Below are positions 12,169 through 23,965 of a DNA stretch of 64,000 nucleotides, one piece after another. Source of the DNA: Hydrolagus colliei (Eukaryota); NCBI GenBank assembly GCA_035084275.1, contig CM068757.1, forward strand, positions 10,540,001 to 10,604,000. The letters are read 5' to 3'. The position numbers and the translations under genes are program-made. The notes beneath the pieces are model-generated. The model had not been told where the DNA came from. It made no database searches and saw nothing but the letters and a program-made list of their open reading frames with translations. The stretch's first letter is position 1. Each line of letters opens with the position of its first letter.

Positions 12169-12589
12169 CATCGACTTGAGCACAGATAGAAAGGAGGACG
12201 GACAGAGAAGTTGAGGGAGGAAGATCTAGAGGTTTCAGGGTAAGGAACCAGAATGCTTGGAACCTGTTGGTGGTGTGGAGTGGGCGGGGGATAGACTGCA
12301 AAACCGACTCAGACCTTAATGGATTAGAATCTGTCTGCATATTGAGGTGGGTATTAAACATCCAATGACACAATTTAAAGAGAATGGAATTTATCAGAAA
12401 TCAACAATCCCCCAAATAAAATTGGTCACTCAATCCATGGCTTTTTGTAGGACATTGCTGTATGCAATTGGCTGCCACATACCACCCACATAGTCAGTTT
12501 ACTTTACAATATAGCCTGTGAAGCTTTGAGAAGTCTCGATGATGTGATAAGGCGCTATATCAAATGCAACGTTTGTTATTAGTGACTGT

Positions 12590-12800
12590 GTATTTAAAAT
12601 CTAAAATAACCAGCAGATCTGAAGTGGAGTTTGGGAGGCACTTCTTCGTGCAGAGGGCGGTGAGAATGTGGATCTCACTGTGGTTGAAACAAAAAACATC
12701 AATGTATTCAAGAGAAAACGTAATGCATCCATTAGTGAGAGGGGAACGGAAGGTTTGTGCGGAGTATAAACACTAGTATGGACTAGTTTGTCCAAACAGT
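12590..12800 (+). mobile_element. Old CR1 3' fragment
   Basis: GGAGGCACTTCTTCGTGCAGAGGGCGGTGAGAATGTGG (RHFFVQRAVRMW), a CR1 ORF2 C-terminal motif. Confidence 0.6.
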
Positions 12801-13354
12801 AGCTACCCACTCCCAGCACACACTCCCTCCCTAAGAAGGGAATGATAATAATCCTTGCATTTGCTACAGCACCTTATCAGAGTCTCAGAGCGCTTCACAT
12901 GGTTGTACAGCAAAAATGTATTTGTGAGCAAATGCGGCACCTAATTTGCACACAGCAATGTTGCACAAACATTCCATGATGGTGAATGATGCATTTATTT
13001 GGGGGATTGTTGGCTAAGACACCGGGACTGAAACTCCCATCTGGTTTTGAATAGCGCCGTGGGAAATCACAAGACAGGTTTGGATGGAAGTGGGGGGTGT
13101 GGGTTGGGGGGTGTTGTGTGGGTTGGGAGGGAGGTGTTCTCTGGCTCCCATTACAGTCACGATTATTTGTCCCACACCAGAATGATGCAAGTAGAAATAC
13201 ATGACCCAGGCTGGATTGAATTGTTGCATGGTGGGCTGGAGGTGCACGGTTGGGTAGGGAAAAGAAAGGCCCAACATTGTCACAAGACTTGATTGGAAAG
13301 ATCCATGATCAATTCTGATCACTTTACTGTAAAACTGCAAGCATTCTGCTGATC

Positions 13355-13626
13355 AACTTTTATTCAGGAGATTGTTGGCCTAGATACCAGGAGAGACTTC
13401 TTTCTGTTTTCGAACAGTGGCATGGGATCTTTAACATCCACCTGAACAGGCAAACGAGACGTTGATTTAATATTTCATCAAAAGGATAACAACTCCAACA
13501 ATGCAGCTCAACACTGCACTGGAGCAGCAGCCTAGATTGTGTGAGCTCAAAGTCCTGTTCATAGATCTTACACCCACAACCTTCTGATCCAGAGTCAAAG
13601 AGTGCTACCAACTTAGCCAGGCTGAC
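13355..13626 (-). mobile_element. Deu-SINE 5' half
   Basis: GGCATGGGATCTTTAACATCCACCTGAACAGGC..ACCCACAACCTTCTGA..AGCCAGGCTGAC. Confidence 0.85.
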
Positions 13627-13719
13627 ATGCTCTAGGAAATATTTCATTCCAAGCTACTCCTAGTTGCTAGATTACAATCATAATAATCCTTGCATTGATA
13701 TTAAAATAATAATACGCTT

Positions 13720-14015
13720 TGCATTTGATCGAGTGCCTTATCACTTCTTTGAGGTGTCTCAAAGAACTTTGCAGAATATACTGTAAAGTAAATTGACTAT
13801 ACATTTTGTAGGTAAACCGAGGCAGCAAATTGGGCATTGTCCTACAAACAGTTATGGGGTTTCTTTCCTAAATTTTTGGAGGGATTATTATCCACAGAAA
13901 CACGATCCGCCAATCGACTAACAAATGGATTCCTATTTACTACTAGGTAAACAGAGGGGTGTGGAGTAAGGAACCTTGCCTAACATGTTGCTCTACCCAG
14001 GAATGAAACCTGGTC
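13720..14015 (-). mobile_element. tRNA-Ala-like SINE with extra internal domain
   Basis: Tail, then GATCCGCCAATCGACTAAC..GGTAAACAGAGG..GTGGAGTAAGGAA. Confidence 0.75.
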
Positions 14016-14729
14016 CATATTTTGCCTTGTCACATCATTGAAACTTCACAGGATTTTACCTAGAAGTGTAGTGACTGTGTTTACAGGTGAATGTAGAGCC
14101 AATTTGAGCGCAGCAACATTCCACAAACAGCCATGAAGTGAGTGACCAATGTTATGATTTGCTGGGCTATACTGGGCTGCCAGCTCCATCCTATCATTGT
14201 GGGGTGTACCCTAGCAGCTGAACTGCCTCAAAGACCTCCCACTGCTACTTCCCACCAGTCCATCATCTCTCCAATCCCACGGGAAATCAGACACAGAGAG
14301 ATGAAATGCCGAGTCCTGGCAGTTTATCTTCCTCACCATAGGAGAACATGCTGGTGAGCTGCAGGATCCATCTGGCAGTGGAGCTAAGCCTTGGCACAAC
14401 ATGTCCAATACGCAGGTGAGGTCCAATTTCCCCACAGTCCTTCTGGCCCATCACAGGGGCTGCCAAAATATAGGCAGTTAGGTGTCTACTTTAATTCCTC
14501 CTCTAAGATTCTCCTGCACATTGTACATTTTTCCTAACAAAAATAAATTGAGTGACTTGGAACCTGAACACAGGCTTATATTTGACTAATATGTCCCGCC
14601 CTTAACCACCTCAACCCTCCTGATCTGCCCCTTTGCTAAAATCAATGTCCTCCAGTCATGATTCAGCAATCAGCGGAAATAATTTCTCCCTCATCATCTC
14701 AAAGACCTCTGTCAGGTCTCTCCTCAATC

Positions 14730-15073
14730 ATAATAATAATCCTAATAATCCTTACATTTGATATAGCGTTTTTCACATCTTATCGACGTCCCAAAGTTCT
14801 TCACAGAATACACCGTAAAGTGAATTGACTGTATATTTGTGGGCAAATCGCGGCAGCCAATTGCACACAGCAGTGTCCCACAAACAGTCGTGGATTGAAA
14901 TGACCAATTTTATTATTATGGTTCTTTTTTGGACAGATTATTATTAGGTGTGTGGAGTGTGGAAACTTGCCCAAGATTTCACCCTGACCAGCTTGGATTC
15001 GAACACAGGTCTCCCCAGTTTGGTTTCCCCAGCTTGCAAGACAGGTGCTCTAACCACTAAGCCACAGGAGCTC
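14730..15073 (-). mobile_element. Short tRNA-like SINE, variant with a duplicated segment in the head
   Basis: Complete tail, body and head; near-identical to 19725-20056. Confidence 0.9.
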
Positions 15074-15434
15074 CGCTCACAAGTCAAACCATTTATCCCT
15101 GGTGTCTACAATATGCCACATGGAGACAGGGATAGGGGGTTTATATCAGGTACATTTCTACTGTAGTGCTGTATTCCTGTTGATATCATCCCAGCAGGAT
15201 GATATCAGCAAACTGAAGTAATCATATGGACTTGACCCAGTGGAGAAAGCCTGATTTCATCCGCCCAAAAGGACTTCCAGTGGATTGTGGTTCAATAAGG
15301 GTTAAAGGGAAATTAAATAATTTTATATCATTTAGAGAAGGTGTTTTATTTTTGTCAGGTGCTGGACAGTTAAGGATTTGCACCCAAGCTGGGGTTGGAA
15401 TCAGGAGGGGTTGGGGGTAGAGGATGTGGGAGGA

Positions 15435-15730
15435 TGGCTATCCTTTGGATGAGACATTAAACCAAGATCCCATCTCTCTATTCGGGTGGATGTCAAGATC
15501 ACATCATTATTCAAAAAGAGAAAGGAATTTCTCTCTCCCATTTTCCTGGCCAACCACCCCCCAGAAAAATTGGTGGTTCACTTCATGGCTGCTGATGAGA
15601 CATTGCTGTGTGCAATTGACTGCCGCGTTCACCCACAAAATTCATGGTCACTACACTTCCCATGTGTTCCTGTGAAGTGCTTTGAGATGTCCTACCAACT
15701 TGAAAGGCGTTATATCAAAATGCAAGTTTT
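15435..15730 (+). mobile_element. Deu-SINE without head
   Basis: CCTTTGGATGAGACATTAAACCAAGATCC..tail. Confidence 0.8.
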
Positions 15731-15959
15731 AAAAAGAATTATCATACTTTAGCTGTAATTCTTAAAATCTTCATTCTTCAAAATAACAAAGCTTCCAATT
15801 AAGATCGATTGACTGATTGAAATCAGGGATCATAGATCTAAATAGTTATAAAGTCACCTCAAAAGGAAAAATATGAAAGTGTTTGAGAAAGCTAGACAAA
15901 GGAATTCTGAAGACAAGGAAAACGTGAATTCCAGAAAGAACATGGAGATTGAAAAGAAT

Positions 15960-16265
15960 AGGTTTAGCAATGAGATGATTTAAAACATCGCAGATGAGAA
16001 AACTGGGTTTGATTCCCGGCAGGGTGAAACCTTGGGCAAGTTTCCCTACTCCACATGCCTGATAAATATCCCTCAAGAATAAAAATAAATTAATAATTTG
16101 GTCACTTCAATCCACAACTGTTTGTGTGATGCTGCTGTGCTCAATTGGCAGCTGCATTTTGCCCACAAATATACAATATATTCTGAGAAGCGATTTGAGA
16201 CGCCTAGAAGATGTGAAAGCACTATATCAACTGCAAGAATTGTGATTACTATAATTATTATTACT
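15960..16265 (+). mobile_element. Short tRNA-like SINE
   Basis: GGTTTGATTCCCGGCAGGGTGAAACCTTGGGCAAGTTTCC, body and tail. Confidence 0.8.
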
Positions 16266-16394
16266 AGACAGTCAGCCGAAGCTCCACAATTTTCCAGTCT
16301 TTGAACCCACAACCTCCTGACTCAGAATGAAGAGTGCTACCAACTGAGCCTTCAACTCAATGCATCAGTGACTGAACTCCTGTCTTCAAAATGT

Positions 16395-16960
16395 CACAAG
16401 AGAGGTTTGGATGAAGAAGGTCCCACCTGATCCTCTCCTTCTAAGAAACTCACCCTACCATCCTTCCATCACATGTCAAGCTGCTTTTTTAATGAGCTAG
16501 TTTCTGTCCTGATATTGCCCTTTGCAGCACTAAGCCTGTATCATCTTGTTCTTCTCTTTGTCTGGGTACATCCCAAACTATTGTTCCAACTTTACTTTTT
16601 CAATCCCATTTCGAAATGTTGTACGCATCTATGAGGTTCCTTCTGAATCACCTTCTCTCAAGGCTGAAGACCTAGGCTGTCTAATCATTGCTCGTCGCTC
16701 ATTCCATGTTCCACTAAGAACCTCTTTTTTGCTCTTCTCTGTATTGCCTTGGGAGCCTTAAGTCACAATGACTGGAGCTGTACTCATTCCCCCGGATGAA
16801 GTCTGGCTAAGGCACAGCTTGAATCTGTTTCTTGAATCTGAACTCTTAGCAATACAACCTAGCATCGCTTTTGTTTATTGCTGGCTCACACTGTTTTGAC
16901 TTGGTGAGCAATGAGTCACCCAATACCCCTAGATCTGTCTCGGCTCCCCTCTTGTCAAGT
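16395..16960 (-). mobile_element. Ancient CR1 3' end
   Basis: The reverse complement of CCTTCTCTCAAGGCTGAAGACC is an FSLERR-like CR1 motif. The 3' end TTTGGATGAAGAAGGTCC also occurs at ~10128 and ~19378, and on + at ~58850-58910. Confidence 0.6.
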
Positions 16961-17094
16961 CTCTCTCTCCCAGTCACCGTGAGCTTACTCTGCATTTGTT
17001 ACTATCAGTGTTAAAGGACCCATAAGGGATCAAGATGGTTGAGGTACTGGATCCCTTGACTAAGATGACAGCAATGATAAATACAGCTGCCTGT

Positions 17095-17365
17095 TTCTCC
17101 CCTCTCCCCCCCATAACTACCTCTTTACTTCCTCCACATATCTCTGCCCTCCCCGCTTCCCTCCTCTTCCTCCCCCAACTTCCATTTCCCCATCTCCCTC
17201 CATCTCACCCGCCTCCTCCATCTCTCTCTTTTTCCCATCTCCACTTTCTGTCTCCCTTCTCCCTTTCCGCCTTCCTATTGTTCCTCTCCCTCCACCCTCC
17301 TTTCCCCTCTGCCCCCACCCCCCTTTTGTCCCTCTATTCTCTCTCCCCTTATCTCTCCTTTACCT
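17095..17365 (+). repeat. Polypyrimidine (CT-rich) low-complexity tract
   Basis: ~270 nt almost free of G. Confidence 0.85.
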
Positions 17366-18689
17366 GACAATGTTAATTTTAATGGGACTTGAAGCTCAGT
17401 GAAATATCAGATGTGGAGTAACTGTGAGTGATTGAGGCCAGCAGCCTGTGAGTTGAGATCAGAAGATAGCCTGTGACTTGCTCCTCCTTCAAGGCCATTG
17501 ATATTATTTAACTGTCATTACCAACGCAGCTCAGCTTAAATTACTGAACGTGTATCTCAATACCAAAGTCCAGGCCGTTTATTTTAACCACACCCTGCAA
17601 TTGCAATCACGCTTATTACAGCTGAAACAAACACTCAGAAATACACAGTCACTACACTATGCATGCTGGAAATGAAGAGCTCTGAGACATTTGACCAACA
17701 ATTGACCCAATAGAATCAGTCACCAATTCCATGGCTGTTTGTGTGACATTTCTGTGCGCAAATTGCGTAAATTGGCTGCCACTTTCGCCTGCAAAACACG
17801 CAGTCACTACAAATTACAGTAAATCCATTTGAGACACTTTCAGGACAACTTGCATCTATATAGTGTCCTTTACAAAAGATAACATCTCAAAGTGCTTACA
17901 GGGTTGGTGAGGGGCTAGGCACTGATCAAGGTAGCAAGGGGCAGTAGGAGTAGGAGGTAGACATAGGCAGACAGTGGTAGCAAAAAGTTAATTCCAAGCA
18001 ATACTGTATATGAAATAGCACCTGATGGTGTTATAATGTCTCAAAGTCCTATGAAGTCCTATAGCTCGGTGGTTAGAGCATTCACCTTACAAGCGAGAGA
18101 CCTGGGTTGAATTCCAGGCCGGGCGAAACCTTGGGAAAGACGGTGAGCTCAAAGTCATGAAGTGGGTCTTGAACCCACAACTTCTGACTCGGAGTGCTAC
18201 CGACTGGGTCTGACCAGCACATATGGGCTTCACACTTAAAGGGCAATATTCATGGTGTTCATGTGAAAAGGTCACCAGCAGGTAGTCATGTGTACACCGT
18301 GTAGTGCAGTCTATCTAACGCAACACTTTTGATCCATGTCCCCCAGTGCCTATTAATAATACATAGAATATATACTGTACTTCAAATTGTGCGTGCAAAC
18401 CACAGTGAAAGGGAATCTCTTATCACTGCGGGTTAAACTGGAGGGATCCAAACCACAACAACGAAGGAACATTTATATACTCTAGCGCCTTTCACATGGG
18501 GGAGGATGTGTCAAAGTGTTTCAGGAAGATGGCTAGGAACCTGATCTATTGTGGTGGTAATAATAATAATAATATTAATAATCCTTGCTTTTGATATAGC
18601 TCTTTTCACATCTTCTAGATGTCTCAAAGCGCTTCACAGAATATACTTTAAAGTGAACAGACTGTATATTTGTGGGTGAAACACACCCT

Positions 18690-18982
18690 GGCACCTCCCT
18701 ACCTCTCTAACCTGCTCACACTTCATTCCTAAGCCAGGCCCCTTCGTTCGGTTTACACAGGCTGTGCACTCCACCATCGTGGCCATGCCTTCAGCCACTG
18801 TGCCCTTAAACTGGAACTCCTTGCCTCAGTTCCTCCATCCCTCTTTATCTATCTTTAAATCCCACCTCTTTGATCCTGCCCGTGGTCAACTCCCGCCTCC
18901 TCTTCTCTACGTCCATTCCCAACACCTTGCAGGGCTATGAGACTCTACCCTGTATGAAAGGTGCAATATAAATGCAAGTTGC
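18690..18982 (+). mobile_element. LINE2 3' fragment
   Basis: GGCCATGCCTTCAGCC..CTGGAACTCC..GAAAGGTGCAATATAAATGCAAGTTG. Confidence 0.75.
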
Positions 18983-19724
18983 AGTTTGCAGTTTCTCCTG
19001 ACATCCTGGCCAACAATTCCCCAAGTCAAATCATTTAGTTCCTAAATGTTTGCGGGACGACACTGTGTGTAAATTGGCCACTGTGTTTCTCCACAAAGTA
19101 CAGTTACTGAGTTCGACACTGTGGTTGAAGTTGTGTGTCAGACTGTGAGGAGCAGCGCAGTAAGTGGACCCAGGACTTCACGAGCGGCAGATGGAAAGAG
19201 ATTGATTTTCGCTGAGCTCAGCATGTCTGAACCATCCTGTATTTCATCCTGTTAGATTATATGGAGGGTAAATCACATCTCTTTTCCTGGCACAGTTAAA
19301 GGCTCATGTTTATGGGTACATACCAGAACACGGAGGACACCAGGAGGCTCGGGGTGATACTGCATCTTACTATTGTTTTATGAAGAAGGTCCTTCTCAGG
19401 CCATTTGATCTCATCCTTTAAGAACAGCAACCCAACAAGCCTCCCATCACACCATCAAGCTCTTAAATTGAGCGCCTTGGGATGTCCTTCCGACTTGAAA
19501 GGCGCTCTATAAATGTAATTTTGTTGTTGTTGTATTTCTTTGATGAGTCCATTATCCTGGCCCCAATCACTCTTTCTGATAACCTGTCCCTGCCAATCAC
19601 ACTCAGTGAATAAATACTTCAGCAATATCACAGAATTCTCACATGATAAGTTTTGTTTATTAAATATTAATATTTAATAAATGATATCAATAATAATAAT
19701 CCATACTTATGATAGAACACTTTA

Positions 19725-20056
19725 ATAATAATAATCCTTGCATTTGATATAGCGCTTTTCACATCTTATCGACGTCCCAAAACGCTTCACAGAATATACT
19801 GTAAAGTGAATTGACTGTATATATTTGTGGACGAATCGCGGCAGCCAATTGCGCACAGCAGTGTCCCACAAACAGTCGTGGATTGGAATGACCAATTTTA
19901 TTATTGTGGTTTTTTTGGAGGGATTATTATTAGGTGTGTGGAGTGTGGAAACTTGCCCAAGGTTTCACCCTGACCTGCCTGGATTCGAACACAGGTCTCC
20001 CCAGCTTGGTCTCCCCAGCTTGCAAGACAAGTGCTCTAACCACTAAGCCACAGGAG
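19725..20056 (-). mobile_element. Young short tRNA-like SINE, variant with a duplicated segment in the head
   Basis: CpGs retained; GGTCTCCCCAGCTT occurs twice in the head. Confidence 0.9.
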
Positions 20057-21214
20057 GTCAACTTTATTACGTTATCACAATGTCTCAAAACGCTGCCCAG
20101 GATATTTTAAAGTGTGTTTACTTTATTATTATTATTATTCACTGTGTATCTTGTGGGAATATCACTGCCAGTTCTACACACAGCAATGACCCACAATCAA
20201 CCGTGGAATGAGTGACCAATTTTATTTGGGGGGTTGTTGGCCTAGACAGATGGAAGATACTCTTCTCTGTTCGAATAGTGCAGTGGGATCTTTAAAGGTT
20301 TACTTGAACAGTCAGACAGGACCTTAGTTTAATGTCTCATCTGAACGACACTGCTCCCCCTACCTCTGTGTCAGGAATTTGTTTGTGGGAAATTACTGAC
20401 GCGTTTGTCTGCAAAATACACATGTACCTGTAACTACTATCTAACCTGTTTCTATGCGTTAGCCCCTTGTTGCCCTTCTATATCACCTATCTATTCTATC
20501 TGATGTACAATCAGAACTGGAAATATTCAAAAGCATAGGCATGAGGTTAAAGATGGTTGATTTGTGGGTATAAATGTAATTGCAGTAACAGGATGTGCCC
20601 ACACGATGGCACTGCAACTTTACAGAGCATTAGAAATAAACAATGATTTTCATTTATACAGTGCCCTTCACACAGAATAATATCTCAGAGTCAGAGCACT
20701 GCAAAGCGATGGGGACAGACATCAAATGGGGGCGGAGGGGGAGTGGGGGTGCGAAGTGGAGGCACCTGTGGGTCAAATAAGTACATGTTAAGGTAGGACT
20801 TGAAGACAGAGCGGGAGCAAAACGATTTGATATAGAAAGTTGTCACGTCTTCGACATGTATCAAAACGAATTCATTTACAGAATTCACTGTAAAGTGAAT
20901 TGACTGTATATTTTGTGGCAGCCATGCTTTCAGCCACCACATCCAGAACCTCCAGACTGTCCTTTCTCAATCCCTCTGCCCTGCCCCTCTCTTTGCCCAT
21001 CTTCAGAACCCCACAGCTCGATCGTGTATTTCCACTGGACCTTTAATATACACCTGGACGAGCCGACTCTCCTTAAGGTGGGCTCTGGTGCTGCCCAGAG
21101 AGGTCAAAATGCCCGTTCTAACCTCAACAATGCAGTGTGTTCTAACCCTTACACTGTGAGCTCCATGTCCCGATGTGGGACTTGAACCCACAACCTTCTG
21201 TTTCGGAGATGCAT

Positions 21215-21512
21215 AACAATAATAATAACAATAATAATAATATTACTTGCATTTGATATAGCACTTTTCACATCTTCTAGACATCTCAAAGAGCTTCACA
21301 GATTATTCTGTAAAGTGAATTGACTGTATATTTTGTGGGCGAAACGTGCCACCTGATTGCGTCCCACAAACAGTCATGAAAAATGATCCGTTTTTTTTTT
21401 ATTGAGGGAGTATTATCAGGCGTGTGGAGTAAGGAAACTTGCCCAAGATTTTGCCCTGCTTGAAATCGAACCCAGGTCTCTCGCTTGTAAGGCGAGTGCT
21501 CTAACCACTGAG
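21215..21512 (-). mobile_element. Short tRNA-like SINE
   Basis: (AAT)n tail; head ATCGAACCCAGGTCTCTCGCTTGTAAGGCGAGTGCTCTAACCACTGAG. Confidence 0.85.
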
Positions 21513-22156
21513 TGTTACTGACTGAGCTCGGATGACACCTGCACAGGCTTTGTAAGGGTTCTACACTCCGAATAGCCAGACCACTGCTCACCTTAAACTG
21601 TGATTTTTCTGTTAACGAGAGTTGACGTCCCTTTCTGTCCTACCCTGTAAGTGAAGACATTTACAGACATTAACTCAGGGATTAACTCCTGCCAGGCGCT
21701 TAATGAGAACTAACAACAGTGTTCAGAACAGGGAATTAGAACTCACTCTCACTGACATCTCAACATCTGTCACGGAGCCACAGATTGCGTTGCGCTGACA
21801 GTGGCTCCTTTGCACAGAGGAAAGTACCATCGCTGCTCAGAAACCTGTGGGTTCAAGCCCCACATCACGACCTTGAGCTCACCATCCAGGCTAACGCTCC
21901 AGTGCAGCAGTGCAGTGCTGGGGAACGCTGCATTGTCAGACGTGACATGTTTGGATGAGATGTTGAACCAAGGTCCTGTTCAGGTGGACGTCATTCATCG
22001 AAAGGCTGTTTGTCGATCGTTGCCTACAAATGCACAGTCACTACACTCAACAGCTTAGCCTGTGAAGAGATTTGAGATGTTTTGGCATTTTAAGAACTCT
22101 AATGGAAGGATGATGGGTTACGTACGACATGAACAGCAGAGGTGACCCCCCTTTGG

Positions 22157-22190
22157 TGTAATACCATTCAGCACCAGCAGAGGGAAGCAC
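22157..22190 (+). promoter_or_regulatory. Candidate CTCF site with upstream motif
   Basis: TGTAATACC, a spacer, then CACCAGCAGAGGGAAGC. Resembles the CTCF upstream motif (TGCAGTACC-like) plus the core CCAGCAGAGGGCAGC with one mismatch. Confidence 0.4.
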
Positions 22191-22369
22191 AGTCCACAAT
22201 ACAGTTCCTCTTCTGCAGATCAAGAGCGAGTGTCTCAGGCAGATATTTATTATTGATCATATTTCATTGCAGCAAATGCCATGGGGTGGGGGGAGCGGGG
22301 GGAGAACTTTACAATGCAACAGTTGATAGTAAGCAATTGACATTAAGCACAAACAAACGTGAAGAAAAT

Positions 22370-22705
22370 TGATCAATCTTATTTGGGGGATTGTTGGCCA
22401 GTACACCAGGAGAAACTCCCATTTCTTTTGCAACAGCTTCGCAAGATCTTTTGCGTCTAACTAGTTGGACGCACTCACTTTACTGTAGTGTCATAAGCTT
22501 AAGCGCCCTGAGTAGCTACCCTTCATAAGAGGCGCAACGGGATCTCAGTTTAACAAGCTTGTCAGATAGCGCTAATAAGCTGATACTTATCTCCAACACA
22601 CTCTGGGGTGCGCAAGCCTTGACTCTTGACAACCTACAGTGTGGGCCTTAAACCCACAACTCTCTGACCCAGAGGCAAGAGGGGAATAACTAAACAAGGC
22701 TGACA
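22370..22705 (-). mobile_element. Deu-SINE copy with remodelled, self-complementary middle
   Basis: Both flanks match the Deu-SINE (GGGGATTGTTGGCCAGTACACCAGGAGAAACTCCC; AACCCACAACTCTCTGACCCAGAGGCAAGAG..GGCTGAC). The middle is ~60 nt longer than in the 13.4 kb copy and highly diverged. Confidence 0.75.
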
Positions 22706-22999
22706 GATAAGCAGGAGGTGAGGGGAGTGGGGAGGGCAGGGTTGGTCCGAGCATTCCTCAATCTTTTTTTCTAGGGAAATAAATATGGCTCAGACAGAGA
22801 GATAACAGCGCAGAACTGCCATTAATACAGGGGGTAATGGAGCAATCTCTTTTATTGTATAAATTTAGATTCTACGGAAATAAAAGCTGTCAAACTATAT
22901 ATTAAGAAGCATTGAAATGGATTTTTGATGGCTCCTTGTAAACGTACCACTACACTGCTGTTTGCAATGCTGAACAAAACAGTCAGAGGCTATAATATC

Positions 23000-23240
23000 A
23001 GGCATTAAACCGAGGTCCTGTGTGCCTGATCAGGTGGACGTTAAAGATCCCATGGTACTGGTGGAAAAGATAAGGGAGTTTCTCTCTCCGGGTGTCCTGG
23101 CCAACAATGCCACAAATAAAATTGGTTCCACAAACAACCATGGCTGTTTGTGGGACATTGCTGTGCGTAACTGGCTGCTGTGTTTTTGCCCATGAAATAC
23201 GTTATCACTCCACTTGCAGTATATTCTATGAAGGATTTGC
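23000..23240 (+). mobile_element. Deu-SINE central and 3' part
   Basis: TTAAACCGAGGTCC..GGTGGACGTTAAAGATCCCATGG..GGTGTCCTGGCCAAC. Confidence 0.85.
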
Positions 23241-23334
23241 CAAAGACTCAGCCTCAAGGTCAAAGTTCTGACCAGGAGGACATCTGCCCAAAGGGTTGAG
23301 TTCAAGACCTCAGAAGGTGGGTGCTGATGGCACA

Positions 23335-23450
23335 TAGCACACACACTGCATCACACTCACACACTGCACAGCACCACACCTCACACACCACATACACCAA
23401 ACCACACAACACACATAACAAACAAACCACACCACACCTCACACACCAAG
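23335..23450 (+). repeat. CA-rich degenerate microsatellite
   Basis: CACAC/CACCACAC tract. Confidence 0.8.
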
Positions 23451-23674
23451 TCACAATGTGTTAGAATCTCTGCAATAACCTCTGCCTCTTCTGCTGAAAA
23501 CACAACTACATGTGGAACTGTGGTGGAGTGTGCAAACTCCCCCTCACCCCTGTTTATTAGGATATTGGTAGAATCTCAGAGGGTTGAGCCTGGGAATGAG
23601 TTATGGTTTAACAGCGTAGGAGGCGTGTGACTGGAAATAAGATTGCCCCCTCCACTCACCTCCACCATTGCCTG

Positions 23675-23965
23675 TGGAGTTAGAGCACTCACCTCACAAG
23701 TGAGAGACCTGGTTCAATTCCCGGCAGAGCGAAACCTTGGACAAATTTACTTACTCCATATGCCTGATAATAATCCCTAAAACCCAATAATAAACTGGTC
23801 ATTTCAATCCTCGACTGTTTGTGGGACGCTGCTGTGCGCAATTGGCTGCCCCGTTTTGCCCACAAATATAAAGTCAATTCACTTTACAGCATATTCTGTG
23901 AAGTGCTTTGAGACGCCTAGAAGACGTGAAAAACGCTATATCAAATGCAAGGATTCTTATTATTG
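23675..23965 (+). mobile_element. Short tRNA-like SINE
   Basis: GTTAGAGCACTCACCTCACAAGTGAGAGACCTGGTTCAATTCC, body and tail. Confidence 0.85.

Noticed and set aside
19212-19223. 12-bp palindrome GCTGAGCTCAGC
   Set aside because: Several palindromes of this length are expected by chance in 64 kb, and there is no supporting context.
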